Shown piece after piece: positions 47,290-62,100 of a stretch of DNA of 64,000 bases. The notes below the pieces were generated by a model, which saw nothing but the letters and a program-made list of their open reading frames with translations, was not told where the DNA came from and ran no database searches. The stretch comes from Amphiscolops sp. MND2022 (lineage: Eukaryota), in the NCBI GenBank assembly GCA_964187785.1, contig OZ076410.1, positions 27,528,001 through 27,592,000 on the forward strand, written 5' to 3'. The translations under genes and the position numbers were made by a program. How positions within the stretch are numbered: the first letter of the stretch is position 1; every line of letters begins with the position of its first letter.

Positions 47290-48637
47290 CTGGAGTTTCC
47301 GTGACAATGTATTTATCAAAGATTGCAACTCTGCCTGTTTTCCGACCCAAAGGGAAATTCTCAGTTTCGGTCTTCTTACAACTGGTGAAATGATTCACCT
47401 TGTATCTACTTCTGCCTGATGGGAACTTGTTTGAAATGTTTGCGGGGACTGCCGAATAGTTCAGAGACCACCCAGCTTGCGTTACTTTCCCATCTGTCAC
47501 AAATTTGATTTTGATTTTATCCACAGTTGATACAATATCGTCTATATTGCACATATAACCACACATTCCTGCACTGTTGTCAAACAAGAAGAACATTTCC
47601 TGGTTTGAGATCCCGTCTTGAATTGTCATGTAATCAGACTTACACTTACTCGAGACATTTAAACCTTCTACGTAAAAATAGTTGAACTTGATTCGGATGA
47701 CGTGACCTTGCGGTGCTTGTATTATGTAACTTTTGTCCATATTGTTCATGTAGTTTTCCGGGAAGTTTGGCGACGTCAGAGTTCTTTCCATTGATGTAAA
47801 AGCCTCCAGAAATGTTTCCCCGATAATTGAAGCACAACCCAGAGCCAAAGATTCATCGTACCCCGGCACCACAGTGCATTCCTCAATTCCATCACACTTT
47901 ACAGCACATGTAGACTCTTGAGGGCATTGGAGAAATCCTTCTAAACAACTATCTGTATAGTTCAGGCTTGTGAACCTTTCACAGTTTATCGACAACTCGT
48001 CAGAACCATCGGAACAATCTTTGCGTCCATTGCACATCCAGCTAGCCGGGATCCAGTCAGTGGTTTCAGGATAACAAAGATAGAAACCCAGGTTTTCCAT
48101 GTCAGTGACGTCACGGAGTGTTTCAGGTGCGAGTGTGTGATACACTAGCTCAGTTAATGAAGCCAGTTCCTCGAATCTAGGGATGCGTTTGATGAAGTTT
48201 TTCCTCACGATGTTGTTGTTACAAATTGTTACAGCAGGAAACTCCAAACTGGGTTTTGTACTGTCAATTATTATACCAACTGTAACAGGCCGTGAAAAGT
48301 AATCTTTCACTGAGTTGTAGGTTTGTAGGAATAACATGAATATGAAAACTGAGTAGAAAAGAGCCCAAATTGTGGAGGCAGCAGTCGAGGTTGATTCCAT
48401 TATTTGAGGCATGATTGCGCCCAAAAAAGTTTTGGTGACGTTCGCAATTCTAGCTCGAGTCTTTGATTGTTCAGAGTTGTCATGCTCAAGCTTTTCATCA
48501 ATCTCACTTTTCTTCATTGTTTGGTTAGGTTTTCTGTTGACAATATTGACAGTTTCGAATGGTTTTCTTTGAAATGAAACAACGGAGATTTCTTTCTTGG
48601 AACGTTGAAGATTGTCTGGTAGTTTAGCTAAGGTCAT
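47290..48637 (-). CDS. DEG/ENaC gene, first coding exon: cytoplasmic N-terminus, TM1, FPAVTICN, LDLa repeats and CUB domain
   Basis: TM1 IWALFYSVFIFMLFLQTYNSVKDYFSRPVT, then LEFPAVTICNNN (DEG/ENaC signature); LDLa CYPETTDWIPASWMCNGRKDCSDGSDE; CUB LTSPNFPENY...KFVTDGKVTQAGWSLNY. Strong phase-1 donor CCAG|GTAAGA at 47289. Confidence 0.85.
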
Positions 48638-49159
48638 CTTTTCGAGTTCTTGCTACCTTGTCCAATTCAGCTTCTTACTCAGTTTCTCATCAGCCCTGTA
48701 CGGTACTTTTTTGAAGAGTTTGTTCTCAAGTTTGTTCCGAGTAATCCCGTTTTTCTTTGTAAAACAACATCGCAACGTTCGAAAAATGAAAATTGAACTG
48801 AAATTATTGATGGATTCATCAAGCTAACAAATTTTTGGGTCATTCATTACGTGACTACTAGGAGCACTTTGTCCTTTCAGAGGTGAAGCTAACACAAAAT
48901 GCGTGTTTGGGCAGATGAACAAACAAAGTGTTTCGTTTATTTTGCGGTAGAACAACAAAATTTTGACCAATAGAATTTTGAGAACGCAATATTTTGGTAA
49001 TCGGTATTCATGGAAGGTAAGAAGTACACCCGTTTGTATAACTGAAAAGTAAAAAACACTTATCCATGATAGAAACGTCGCTGTAATTCCACAAACCAGA
49101 AAGCTTTGATTAACAAAAGATCTAGATGTGCCTTTTCGTGGACCGGAAAACCTATGTTG

Positions 49160-49167
49160 TGACGTCA
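49160..49167. promoter_or_regulatory. Perfect CRE palindrome TGACGTCA upstream of the DEG/ENaC start codon
   Basis: 8-bp consensus ATF/CREB site ~520 bp 5' of the ATG at 48637; function unproven. Confidence 0.3.
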
Positions 49168-50864
49168 ATTGACTTATGAAGAAAAATTCAGAGGCTGCAT
49201 GAGTTGGTTTTCTTTTAATAATTAGTTTTCATTTCATAAATTAGTTATCATTACATTAATAGGTTTGCATTTCATCAGAAGTATAAGGAGACCATTGCTG
49301 CTGAAAATTTTATGAGAAAATTTTTTTTATTGGAAATATCGTATAAATTTTGAAAAGTTTTTTTATATATTTAACATGATTTTCTGCACAATGCTACAGC
49401 ACTCTTTCGTCATAAATGTGGTGAAAAGTTTGGATTATTTTTTTAAAAATCAACAAACAAATATTCAACGCCCTTAGTAAGTTCGTTTCTTAGTCAACGT
49501 AAATTTTAAGTGCAGATATAAAGTAAAAAAAAAACTAGTTGGAAACAAAAAGTTCAAAGTTGAAAAAACAAAACTTTTTTCAATAAATCTTTGGGGGCAC
49601 ATTGTTAGGAAGGAATAGGTTGAGGTGCGCATTCTTTGCCGGTCGTTTCTCCAGCTATCTGGAGCAACATACTGATTTCATGTTCAGTTGAGTGATTGTG
49701 ATTACTATCACTCCATTGTTTCCCTATTTACATCATTTTTCAAAATAGATTTGAATTAGACTTAGAGGGGATGGGATCAGTTGATACAGAGAATCGTAAA
49801 CACGGTTCCAATTGGGGAAGTGCATGGCATCTGATTTTTAACAAGATTCCATTTTCTACACAACTGAAACCAAATTTGACAACCAGTTAGGACATAATAA
49901 TTCCGCCAAGACAAGCACCTAGATTCTCAGCCAAAAACTGCGCTATAGTTTTGATCTATTATTCCTTCCTTTAAAAAAATACCAGGAGACCACAAAGAGT
50001 AGTTTCACAATTACACATTATTGAAAAAGAACATATTTGGAGAATTTTTTGCAACGATACCTTCAAAGAAGTTGCTCCCGCAATGAAATGTTTCCGCAAA
50101 TAGAGTTGATTTTTCCTTCTGGAACAAGAATTTGTCTGGCTCACTTGGAGTTAGTCTACTGTCAGTACTAAACAGTAGTTTCGGAGACACTGAAATTGTG
50201 GCTAGAATTTCGAAGTGAGGAACCCCACTGAAACTTTAACTTTTCATTTACTTGCTAAAAAAACTAAAAAATAATTGGTGTTATTGGTAAACAATTCTTT
50301 ATTGACGCTAAGAACTACATTTGTCAGTTTTTTATACCGAAATAATTAATCAAATACATTCTAAAACGTTGGTTTTGTACTATCTAGATTTCAACATTTT
50401 TGACCTCTCTCAAGTGATTACTCGTAATTTTTCGAGTATTTTTAGTGCTAATGTTCAACTGTCGAATTTGTGTTATAACATTGGTTTACAACTGCCAACA
50501 ACTTCGTTTTACCTGTTTCTCTTCGCGGTTTGCCCGATTAGTGTCTTTCACAGCGTTTTCAGTGGAGAGAATTCTCTTTGCATTCAACTAAACCTTTCCT
50601 CATTTTCACTCTCGTTAAATTTCTAGATTGCTATTTTTATATTTTAGTTCCACGTAATTCCAAGTTTGTAATAGGAGTGTAGGACATAAAGAGCTTCCCA
50701 CCTATCAATTCCTATCGTGAGTAAACACTCATATTCTATGAAAATTGTGACTACTTAATATCAGGCCGAGGAGGACCGACAAATCTATTTTCCAAAAACT
50801 AATATTGAATTAACAACGTTCATGCATGAATAACGAATTAGGTAAATAAACAAGAGTCTCTATG

Positions 50865-53800
50865 TCTCATGCCCGAATAGCATGAAAGAGAGTAACACAA
50901 ACTGGAAAAAACTCTTTCATGAGAGATACATGCCCTGAGTTATAAGTCATCAATCCCAACAAATCACAACTTTTGCAAGTTTATTTAGATTTACATGTAA
51001 CAATGACTGGATTCCCCAGTCGTCAATGCAATAAATTCACCAACTACGCATCCACTATTCTGGCATCGAATATTTTATGTTACTTAAATGTCCTTGCAAA
51101 TTCGACTGGAACAACTAGTCATCAATACAGTATGTTCATAACCATGGTGTTCATTTTCCATTCAATAGTTTCATGTTCAGTACTCGCGTCTTCATTCAAT
51201 AATTTCGCAGCACACATGTAAGACTGCGATAACCAGTCATGGGATTTATACCCATTTAGTAAAATACATCATTTAGTATTCCATCTAATTTCAAAATGTA
51301 AACAATCTTTTCATTAGCGATGATAACAGTCATGACAGTACAAACAGCGTTTCGAGTACAAAATCGCCCTGACGACCGAAACGTGCAGTCGTATTTTTTC
51401 GTAGTGAAAATGTCATAATTAGCTGGTATGATGATTAGGAAATGTAGTCATTAATTACATATCACATCAGCGTTCATCTATTCAACGTTCATCCAAATCA
51501 ACATTCAAAATCTGGACGTTTTGTTTTAATGCTAATAACCAAATTGCAAAGCAGCAGAAACACTTTGACTGAAACTGAAAATATGATAGACAACGAGAGT
51601 GATCATAACCTCCCAGACATGCTTCCGAGAGATCAAAAATTTGAATTTGATAAATTTACCAAATCATGAAACAGACTATGATCGCAATAGGATAGAGCAG
51701 CGGTTCTCAGGCGTGAATAGACAAATTGGCGAGTAGACAAATATCGTTATATCTTCAACCGAAAAAGAATCCTCTAACTTCAGAGGGAATCGAATAAACG
51801 TACTTACTCTCCAATGAACGTAACTGCTGTTCCAACATAGTGACAGGAGTCCACTACCAACAACAAACATTACCACGCAAAACTCCGCCAAACGGGACTC
51901 CACGAATTAAACCGGCTACCGCTCAGCTGACAGACGTCATGACCGAAATTCACCATTTCCGCAGCTTCATGGAGATACTACAAAATACCACAAACGCAAG
52001 TGTCGCTGTTCCGAGGAAACAGAGAGAAATATAATGAATTGGAGCTTTTACTTCTCAGTCAGTTGCCTACAAACTTACAGAAGAACGTTCCCGTTTGCCG
52101 AAGTGCCAATCCAACTCCCAAACGAACTGGCAATTGCCGAAAAACACAATGCCAGCGTAGAAACAATCAAAACTTTTGCACAGAGACGTTGTCTGTACGC
52201 CCAACTGCTACCTAACCAACCATTTCTGCAACCATTCAACCAAACAGAACAAGCTATGGAACCACAACATAAACCAGAAACACAAAAAAGTGTGACAATG
52301 ACAAAGCTCAACCAAAAGAGAAATTCGATGGCAATTGCAGGTATTGCCCGATCAATGGGCATAAATGGGCAGAATGCTGCAACGGACAAAAGGACGAAGC
52401 AGCAGGGCATAGCAACACACAATCAAAACCTGCTTCAGATTCCCAAAATTAACAACAACAGTAGTTTCATCCAAAATTCAATGCCAAGCTGATATGCCAA
52501 ATATGCGGACATGTGGATACTCCGCAAAGACTTCCGATACATGATACCCAGTACATCCGCATTCGGGAGTTTACCCTACAACAAGCAAACTACAACCGAA
52601 AACCGGGACTTCAGAAGAGTCTTTGGACGATCCCAAAACGGCTACCAACCAACGGACGAAATGACAACACGAACATACACAGAAAGGGAAAGTGTAGTAT
52701 ACAACAACTACTACCAGGCGGAGTACAACGAGAAATCTTCCAGCCAACAAAATCTTCTGAAGTCACGTCATCCAAATGACCAGACTCAGAACAATGTGCG
52801 CAACGTAACTACCCACTACTACACCAAAACCTGCAACTACCAGGCAACGGTTCTTTGGCAGGATCAAGAACCCATAACTACTGTTGTACGTCCCCCTTCA
52901 ATTTTGTCAATACGAAAACCATGGCCTCCTTGATACGGGAGCATTACAGATCTCAATGTCAGAAGTTTATCTCCGACGGATTCTATCTGCCCACTCTGCG
53001 GCACTCCTAGAAGAGTACCCAGCCCCAGATTTCAAAGTCTAAATCCCAAACAAGAGCATAGTCCTGGTCCATAAACAGGTACTCCTTCGCTTCTTCATCG
53101 GGGGCAAATATTTGAGGAGACCTTCATGATTCTCCCCACGAAGGGCATTATTTTGGTTGGCATGTCGTTTTTCAAGAAGTACTCAGTTACACTTGACCTT
53201 GCCAATAACATATGCAAAGTTCCTGACTTCACTCTCCAACGGAAACCAGAACGTGCACGATACAGAATCCCATGATAGAAATGTCATGTTCACAAAAGAC
53301 AGTGCTCCCAACAGATCAACAATTGCTCGTTCCTGACTTAGCGGAGAAGGATCGTGGCACAATCCAGGACACAGTGGAAACCTTCCCTTTTTTGAAAGAA
53401 AGACACAACTACTGTTGTCCCCAGCACTGGCCCAAATTACTGACATGAAAAGACAGGTGCAAATCTCTAACATCAGTAGTCACACCGTTACATTAAACAC
53501 AAACAAAACCGTGCTACCTTCAAGATCCTGACTTCCAATCACGCAAAAAAACTGCAACCACTGTCAAATGAGCAACTCACTCCCATTACCAAATACCCAG
53601 AGGGTGCAACCAACGTGCTCAATCAACTGTTCTAGGAGCCAGACGCAAAATAAACCAGACTCTGGTACCCCACACGGGACGCCTTTGACGACCCGTCGAA
53701 ACTGCATCCTTTTCAGAAAAGGATATACGATGAAATCGTCAAACTCCGTAAAGAAGAAACACTTTACCCCACTGTTGATGATCAACATCAACAGGCGTAT

Positions 53801-56800
53801 TTAGCACCTTCCCTTGGGAAAGTTCCCTTTTGTCTGGGCACGAACGCCAGCATACCGAGAACCTCCTAGTCTTGTATTACAATGTCTTCGCCATACACCA
53901 ACTTGATTTCTGCAAAAATACTGAATTAGAACCAAGCTGATTCCGAAGCACGACGATCCAGTGCATGACCAGGGTTTTTTCATGCCAACCAACCTCAAAA
54001 ACGACCTTTTGGTCAAACTGGCACTGATGCAGGTGTATGGTATCCTTACCACGCAGACATACTGCAAATATTCATCTGCCATATTCGCTCAGCAAAATCA
54101 CATTAGGAAATTCTGCATCTTAGTGGACTTGCACCGAATAAACCATCTTTTGAAAAATGATTAAACCCAACATAATAATTAGTCACTACCATCACCGACG
54201 CCGGCCAGCATATGGCAGGAAAGAAGTACTTTTGCAAAATGTACTGCTCGCAGGCATTTCATTGCTTACAGATGGCAGACGATTAATCAATACCACTGCT
54301 GGCATTCAACTTCGAAAGCCGCACATTTGCCTACCTGCGACTGGCAAAGAGACCCAGGAGATTCCTCTCGGCCTTCAACAGTACAGTACAAGAATATGTG
54401 GACACACTTGTGAAGGTTGACAACTGTCCGCAATACCATAACGGTATTGGAATCGCTGCACACAACGTGGACGACCTTGTGTCACACACTGAGGCAGTCT
54501 TCCAACAAATCCAGAAAGCAAGTCCAACTGTCGATGTGTACGGGTGCGTTCGACCAACCACAAATTGACTTCCTCGGACGAAGCATTACCTCAAAAGTCG
54601 GAGCACCGCTTGAGTACAAACCTGACAAATTCCTGAAAAGCAAGAAATTTCAGACATCAATCAAGTCCTTCAGAGAAACATCTGCTTCGTAGAGTTTCAC
54701 AGGCAGTACATTCCACGCCTGTCCAAGAAACTCACACCGTTGTACAAACTGCTCCACAATGACCTCAAATTCCAGATGACCCAACTACACAAGAACCTAA
54801 CCTTCGAAATCAATGAAAACCTTGCCAAAGCTAACAAACTGTCATTATGTCTCCCACTGCCAGACAAACATTTTGTGGCAATGGGTGACGCAAGCGAACA
54901 TGCTGCCGGTTACGTACTTCTGATAGAAGACTACACCGGCATCTTGAAAGCATGCGTTTCTGTTGCATTCCGGTCGTAGCTATTCACAGAAGGCCAAATG
55001 TCGTTGACGATGTACACCAAGGAGTTCTGGCAATGCACTCTGCCTTTGACGAAATTGCTCGCATACTCTGGGGAGTCAAGAACCCAACAGCAGTGATGAC
55101 AGACAACAAGGCCCCTAGCAAAGTTTTCTAATCGAAAAGGATTCCACCGAAGCTGTGAAACCGTTGTGACAAAGCACTCCTATTCGACTTCGTCGTATCT
55201 CACGTACCAGGTACCAAAGCAACAACGAATCAAGTGAACAATTTCAAGAGTGGATTGAAACCATCCGTCATCAGAACACGGGCCAGTTTGACGAGATTCA
55301 CCAGATTAACACCAAGGCATCATGGTAACGGGGTAATCAAGGTATGCCCCAGTGGGAGTTTTCGAATATATTTTCTCAAGATTGAATCCGGTCCAAACCG
55401 ATTCACAAAACTATATTCACACTATCATCACAACATTTTTACGACCCCTGTAGCGGGCCTGAAGATACACTAGAAGTTGATTTGGTAGGTGAACTACCGC
55501 CTTCAAACGGATTCACACACTTACTAACTGCTTTAACTATTTTTCGAGATATCTCTTTGCGTCCTATTCTTGGAACGGACACCAAATCGGCAGTAGAAGC
55601 ACTTATGCAAGTCTTTACACAACACTGTTACGTACCGAAGACAATTCTGACCGACAAGGAATCGACATTCACATCCCAACTAATCAACACGCTAATGGAG
55701 TCTGCCGGTATCAACATCGAATTTGCAACTGTAAAGCACGCACAAACGATAGGAGTGGTAGAACGTTCACACCGAAAGATAAAACATATCCTTCAGAATA
55801 ATGTTTCTGCTGATTCTCCGCAAAGGGATAAATACGTCAACATGGTTGTCATGGCCCATAACACTACATACAACCAAACACTCCGATGCACACCCACGGT
55901 CGAATCCCTTTCAACGCTCTGGACATTAAGTTTGGCAACCCACTAAAAGATCCGTGTAACACGACCTACGTCAACTAGATTCTCGACCACATGATTAAAA
56001 TAATTCAAGAGACACATGCCAACATCATTGAAGCCTTTCACAAGTACAAAAGCTACTATGATCGAAAAGCAAAAGTCACCGGTTGTACCTTCCTTTTTAT
56101 TGAAAAATTAACAAGCCTATCAGGTAAGGTTCCCTTCATAGAAATCAAGTTGGAAGGACCGTACAAAGTCGTGAAGTCATTTCAAACTCCAACTACATAA
56201 TCCGAAAACAATGGCACACTACGTACACAATGAGTTTACAGAATTCGGCTCCGTCATTCACATCAAATGAGCCAATAACTGATATTGATGATAACCCAGC
56301 TCAACACTTTGAAGCTCCTGACGCTCTCAATGAGCAAGATCTTATCGATAACCACCTGCCAAAACCGATATTTCGACAACCACACGAATAAAAACCTGAC
56401 CATTCAGACTTTGAACAAGTAGAAGCTGACAATGGCATCATTTACTATGAGAGGCAAAACATCGAGTCTGATTGCAACCGATTTATTCCTGAAAGCCAAT
56501 CTGGAACACGGGAACAACATCCGGATAACGCAAGCATCACGGATTCACAGCCAATAAACAGCGAGCACCATGAATATGAGCGCAGCAGCGCTCCATTTTG
56601 ACACAAGATGTCGCGGAATGGCCTGAGGCATATACCGAATCCTAAGACATGCCTGATTTCTTGATGCTTGAGTTACACGTTACATCTGCATTACAACAAC
56701 TGCTACTGAGAAAACAGAAAATTTAAAAAACGTCTTTTCAAAACTACATGTAATGTTAATCACTGTCGTTCCGTTCCTGCTAGCGGAAATACAAATCAAT

Positions 56801-58850
56801 CCTTTTGGTCATTACTTACACAATCTGACACAGCTGCCAATGTGAAATTCAACGACAGTTACTATCAGTTCTCACAGGAAACCTACCTCGAACATACATG
56901 CAGCGTAAATGTAAACAAAATATAGTTTATTCAATTCAATCAAATCTTACCATAACACCGTCGGAAAGAAAACACTTTGAATATGAAATTACCAATAGAA
57001 GTCCAGATTAAAACCACCAAGGAACTTGATACAAGAGTCGTTCAAACTAACAGAACTAACTAGCTGCGTGTTAAACGTTATGCTTACATAGCTTTGCCCT
57101 ACTCGAAAACGTAAAAAATCATAGTGGCAATTGTGTGGGCTCGTCGTCAAAAGCGTGTCTTTGTGGTTGGTTGTCATATTCAAGTGAAACTTTAGGTGTA
57201 GATTCGGTGTTAACTTTGTTCGGGTGTTTGTGACGTCAAACCTTTTTCTCAATTCAACGAACATCTAAACAAGAACATGTTAGGTGTATGAAGTAAATGT
57301 CCGGCATTTACAACTGCAAATAACTCTAATTTGCCCCACCTGCAACTACACTCCTGATAATTTGTAGGCTTCGCCGCGTGCCAAGGGAACCCCAAAAAAG
57401 ACCACGAGACACTCAGCGTCGAACAACAAAAAAGGAACACGAAGAAGAAGGAACACGAATCAGCATAATGTAACAACAATTACATGTTCAAGACATTAAT
57501 GACACACATCACGAGTGATGACGTCTGAGGACACACATCAACGATGATGACGTCGTACCAGCACATCAACGATGATGACGTCGTACCAACACGTCATCTC
57601 ACCATTCCCAAACGTATATCAGTAGTGCATGTAACATAGTACTTAATGAACACCAAGTAATGTAAAACAACTTAACTTCTCAAATGTGAGTACAGAAGAC
57701 AAAAGTACTACATTTTAAAAATTCAGTCATCGGAAGGAGTTGAGCAGCTCCATTCAACAACTTTGTTCTGCTGTGCCAGGAACTGCTGGCGATTCACCAA
57801 CAATCCCATCGTAGTCCCTTGAAAATTTTCAGCAGGTCAGCCACTACAGGGCACAGTGACTAAGAGTAATTTTGTTTTGGTGGTTGCGTCAGCAGTCACC
57901 ATACCAACGCCGATTACAATCCAAAAACTGCTACAGTTGAAACAACAAATATACTACTAGATTTAACATGCAATTGCAACTTTTAACATGTACCATATGC
58001 AAGAACTCAAGAATACAGCAATCAACATGTGCTTAGTATGATTACCGACAGTAAGGACCGCCACCTGCAGTCGTCGTCTCTATTCCTCCGTAAAAAAGCA
58101 ACTAGTCAAGAAAACGCATGAACGCCTGCTTGAGTTGAACAAACAAAACACGAGCAGTTCAACGACGGCTACATCCAGTCATCCGCCGGAAAGACCACAG
58201 CACGGTACAAGTATTAGTCCCTCCAGCGCCCTCTAACGTATGCAATTCACATGGAAATTACAAAAAAACATTCTCTGACAAAACGACCACCCCTGTTTCA
58301 AAAAACGAACCCACCGTGCTAACTACCCGAGGTAACAGAGAAAAAATCAAAGCTGGGATTAACTAACTGCTTCCCTTATTTAGGCCGACAAGCAACCTTA
58401 GACCCGAAAACCCCAAAAACAGATACTCTAACTACCGTTGCTGGTTTGTCGTGAGTGTTGGGAGTCGGGACTGTATCACATGAAGCTTGGTCACTGGTAA
58501 ACCTCCTGCCTAAGTGGATCCGCAGTTGGATTTGTATGGGGTTTTGCGACGGTGAAAACCTTCCTAGTGAACTGAAAAAAAAACAAGAGAAGAAAACATT
58601 CTCAACTACGCAAAAAACTATACCGAAGCCTAACAACTATGTAATCCTTAACTATAAATTCATTCTAAAAGCATGCAGTACATGAAACGCCCGAATCTTT
58701 AAACTTCTGAGAAATCACACGAAATCAAGCCTGCAGCGTCCTGACAACCAAGAGCTTCCACTCCAGCAACGAATAAAGTAGTATCATAACCCGGAGTTTT
58801 TCTATGTTATACAAATAAATAAATTTGAGGCTCAGGAAAAGCCAATGCAC
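50865..58850 (+). mobile_element. Decayed, 3'-truncated relative of the young Gypsy element
   Basis: LTR remnant ~50865-51837 (TCTCATGCCCG...TTCCAACA) followed by TAGTGACAGGAGT; fragmented gag (51590-52760) and pol (52790-56720) homologous to 39391-45749; shared 3' non-coding motif near 57500. No 3' LTR found; boundaries approximate. Confidence 0.85.
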
Positions 58851-59149
58851 TAAAAAAATGCAAAGAAGTTCGAAGAAAAGAAAGCCTTGATTCATCATTT
58901 TAAAGGAAACCCAATTTACAAGAAATCACTAATTTATTATTTCTGCAATAGCTGGCCACTTTTCGTTTTTTTTTCGGCACTTTGCGACATACCGAGAGCA
59001 GAAAAAAGTTCAAAGACTTTTCTGAAAAGAACTTTCAAAAACCTTTTTCGCAATTTTTAGTTTTTGAGGTTTTCTGTAGAGGAAATAGGTTTCCCGAGTC
59101 TTGAGGGTGCCTTCTTTGTTAGTTTTGATCAAATACTGAGGAGGTTTCT

Positions 59150-62100
59150 CATTGGTTGTAGACAAATCTTCGTTCCAAATTTTCTGACTCTGTGCGTCGT
59201 TCCGAAGCTTTCATTTGGTCAAAGAGTACCCCTTGTTTTCATCGCTGACTTGGGCCATGAGAAAAAAGTGTTGCGAGCTGAAACTCGTTTCGCGACATTA
59301 GAACGTTACCGAAAAAAATACAAAAAAGTGAATTTTTTGTGATTCCTGTCGGGCAAATAGTGGTTTCCTAGTCTCAGGCGTATATCTTGAGGTAATTTTT
59401 AACACTGAGAAAATGGTAAAAGCTTGAAACTAGGTCCTTTACAAACTTAGGAAAGTTGCACGATCTCGGTTTGTTATATTGTTGCACATAGTTTCCCCAG
59501 AAATGTCAAAACAAGATGAATCTACTGATGTCTCTTCAAGTTTAAGCCTACTGGACACCGAGTTTAGCTGATATTGAATGTTTACACTATTCTAACCAAC
59601 GTTGTAGCTCGAAACTGTTTCCTTTGGAAGGTGTACTCCAAATCTAATGAGGATTTTGAATATTAAATATTGGACAAAAGTGGTCGAAACTTACGTTTTC
59701 AAGTAAAGCTTTCGAACGTTGTGCGAATAAAATAGTGTGATATCTTTTTGGAACACTACCGGTAGCTACACGTTTCAATCATGAGCATATGATATCTCTG
59801 ATTGGAGTAAACTTTCGGAAAGTGTCCAAAATTGGGACTACATTGTCGAAAGTAAAAAAAATTCGGAAACTTTGACACTTTTGTTGTGAACTCGATGAAC
59901 TTCATTCCACGTTTTGCCCCATAGAATACGGTTTTGAATACCTTATTTTTGATAAAAGCTCAAGTCATTGGAAGTTCCTTCTTCACAAACTTTCAATGTT
60001 TGAACGAAAGTTGATATTAGTTTGCCAAACAACGTGTTTTTTTTGTTGTTTCATGAATTTTTGGGTGTTTTTAAGGCCAATTCCAACAAAAAAGCCATTA
60101 ATTCTTCCAAATTGTCTACTGGAGTTACCCGAATTAGTCATTGTTGAGTATTCGAAACCATTTTATGCAAGGAAGTAGCGCAAAAAATGAACAAAAAACT
60201 GCGTAAAAATGTATAAAGAACTTAAGACTTCTCAGTTTTTCCAATATTTGAGTCATTCTGAGGAAACTTTAGACCACAAAATAGGCATTTTCTTGAAAAA
60301 CGTGCTTCCGACTTAGTTTTATCATCTCGAATTTTTCGAAGCTTTTATTTTACCAAAATTTTCTAATCTCGAATAAAAACACAATAAGAATGTCGTTAAT
60401 AAACAAAAATTTCCACATTTTTGACTTTTTGCGGTCATTTTTCAGCCATTCTTCAACAGTAGTCTGCAAATATTCCTTCAAAAGCCTAATTGATTATGAG
60501 TTCAGAAGACTTTGTTGAAGGTTTGCCATCAAAATGAGCAATGTTTTCATCAAAAATTGTAAAACATAGCTCGTTTTTCCGATGGTGATTTGATTGTCTT
60601 GAAACTTAGAACGAAATCTCTCGGAAACGTACAGAAACTGCTTCAAAAACGACAAAAACTTCAAGTTTTTCGACAATTCAGGTCAATTTAGGGCGTTTTT
60701 GATTAACAACTCGAACTTATCTGGTTACAAAATCTCTTCAAAACGACAAGTTTTCCCACGCCATAGGCGTCGTAACAATCTAGTCCACGAAGTTTGTCGT
60801 TATTCTGACAAAAATTGGTACATAAATAGTGAATTGTTGTCTTTTTTTGTCGATCCCCGACAGTTTTTGTTTAAAAACTGCATTTGTCTCTTTTCTTAGC
60901 AAACTGGACGACACATTCTTTCCTTGTGGAAACTTTGGTTGTAGAAAAACCTTCGTTTCAAATTTTCTGACTCTGTGCGTCGTTCCGAAACTTTCATTTG
61001 GTCAAAGAGTACCCCTTGCTTTGTTAGCTGACTTGGGCTATGAGAAAAAAGTGTTGCGAGCTGAAAATCGTTTCGCGACTTTAGAACGTTACCGAAAAAA
61101 ATACAAAAAGTGAATGTTTGTGATTCCTGTCGGGCAAATAGTGGTTTCCTAGTCTCAGGCGTATTTCTTGAGGTAATTTTTAACACCGAGAAAATGGTAA
61201 AAGCTTGAAACTAGGTCCTTTACAAACATAGGAAAGTTGCACGATCTCGGTTTGTTATATTGTTGCACATAGCTTCCCTGGAAATGTCAAAACAAGATGA
61301 ATCTACTGATGTCTCCTCAAGTTTAAGCCTACTGGACACCGAGTTTATAGCTGTTATTGAATGTTTACACCATTCTAACCAACGTTGTAGCTCGAAAATA
61401 TTTCCTTTGGAAGGTGTACTCCAAATCTAGTGAGGATTTTGAATATTAAATATTGGACAAAAGTGGTGGAAACTTACGTTTTCAAGTAAAACTTTTGAAC
61501 GTTGTGCGAATAAAATTGTCTGATATCTTTTTGGAACACTACCGGTAGCTACACGTTTCAATCATGAGCATATGATATCTCTGATTGGAGTAAACTTTCG
61601 GAAAGGGTCCAAAATTGGGACTACATTGTGTCGAAAATAAAGTAAGTTCGGAAACTTTGACACCTTTGTTGTGAACTCGATGAACTTCATTCCACGTTTT
61701 GCCCCAATTGAATACGGTTTTGAATACCTTATTTTTTATAAACGCTCAGGTCATTGGAAGTTCTATTCTTCACAAATTTTCGTGGTTTGAACGAAAATTG
61801 AGATTAGTTTGCCAAACAACGTGTTTTTTGTTGTTTCATGGATTTGTGGGTGTTTTTGAGGCCAATTCCAACAAAGAAAGCCATTATCTTTTCAAAATTG
61901 TCTACTGGAGATACCCGAATTAGTCATTGTTGAGTATTCGAAACCATTTTATGCAAGGAAGTAGCTCAAAAAATGAACAAAAAACTGCGTAAAAATGTAG
62001 AAAAAACTTGAAACTTCTCAGTTTTTTCAATATTTGAGTCATTCTGAGGAAACTTTAGACCACAATATAGGCATTTTTTTGAAAAACGTGCTTCGGACCT

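Noticed and set aside
47177-48637. Stand-alone LDLa/CUB receptor or protease gene
   Set aside because: TM1 followed by FPAVTICN is diagnostic of DEG/ENaC, and a strong internal donor at 47289 matches the phase of the orphan channel exons.
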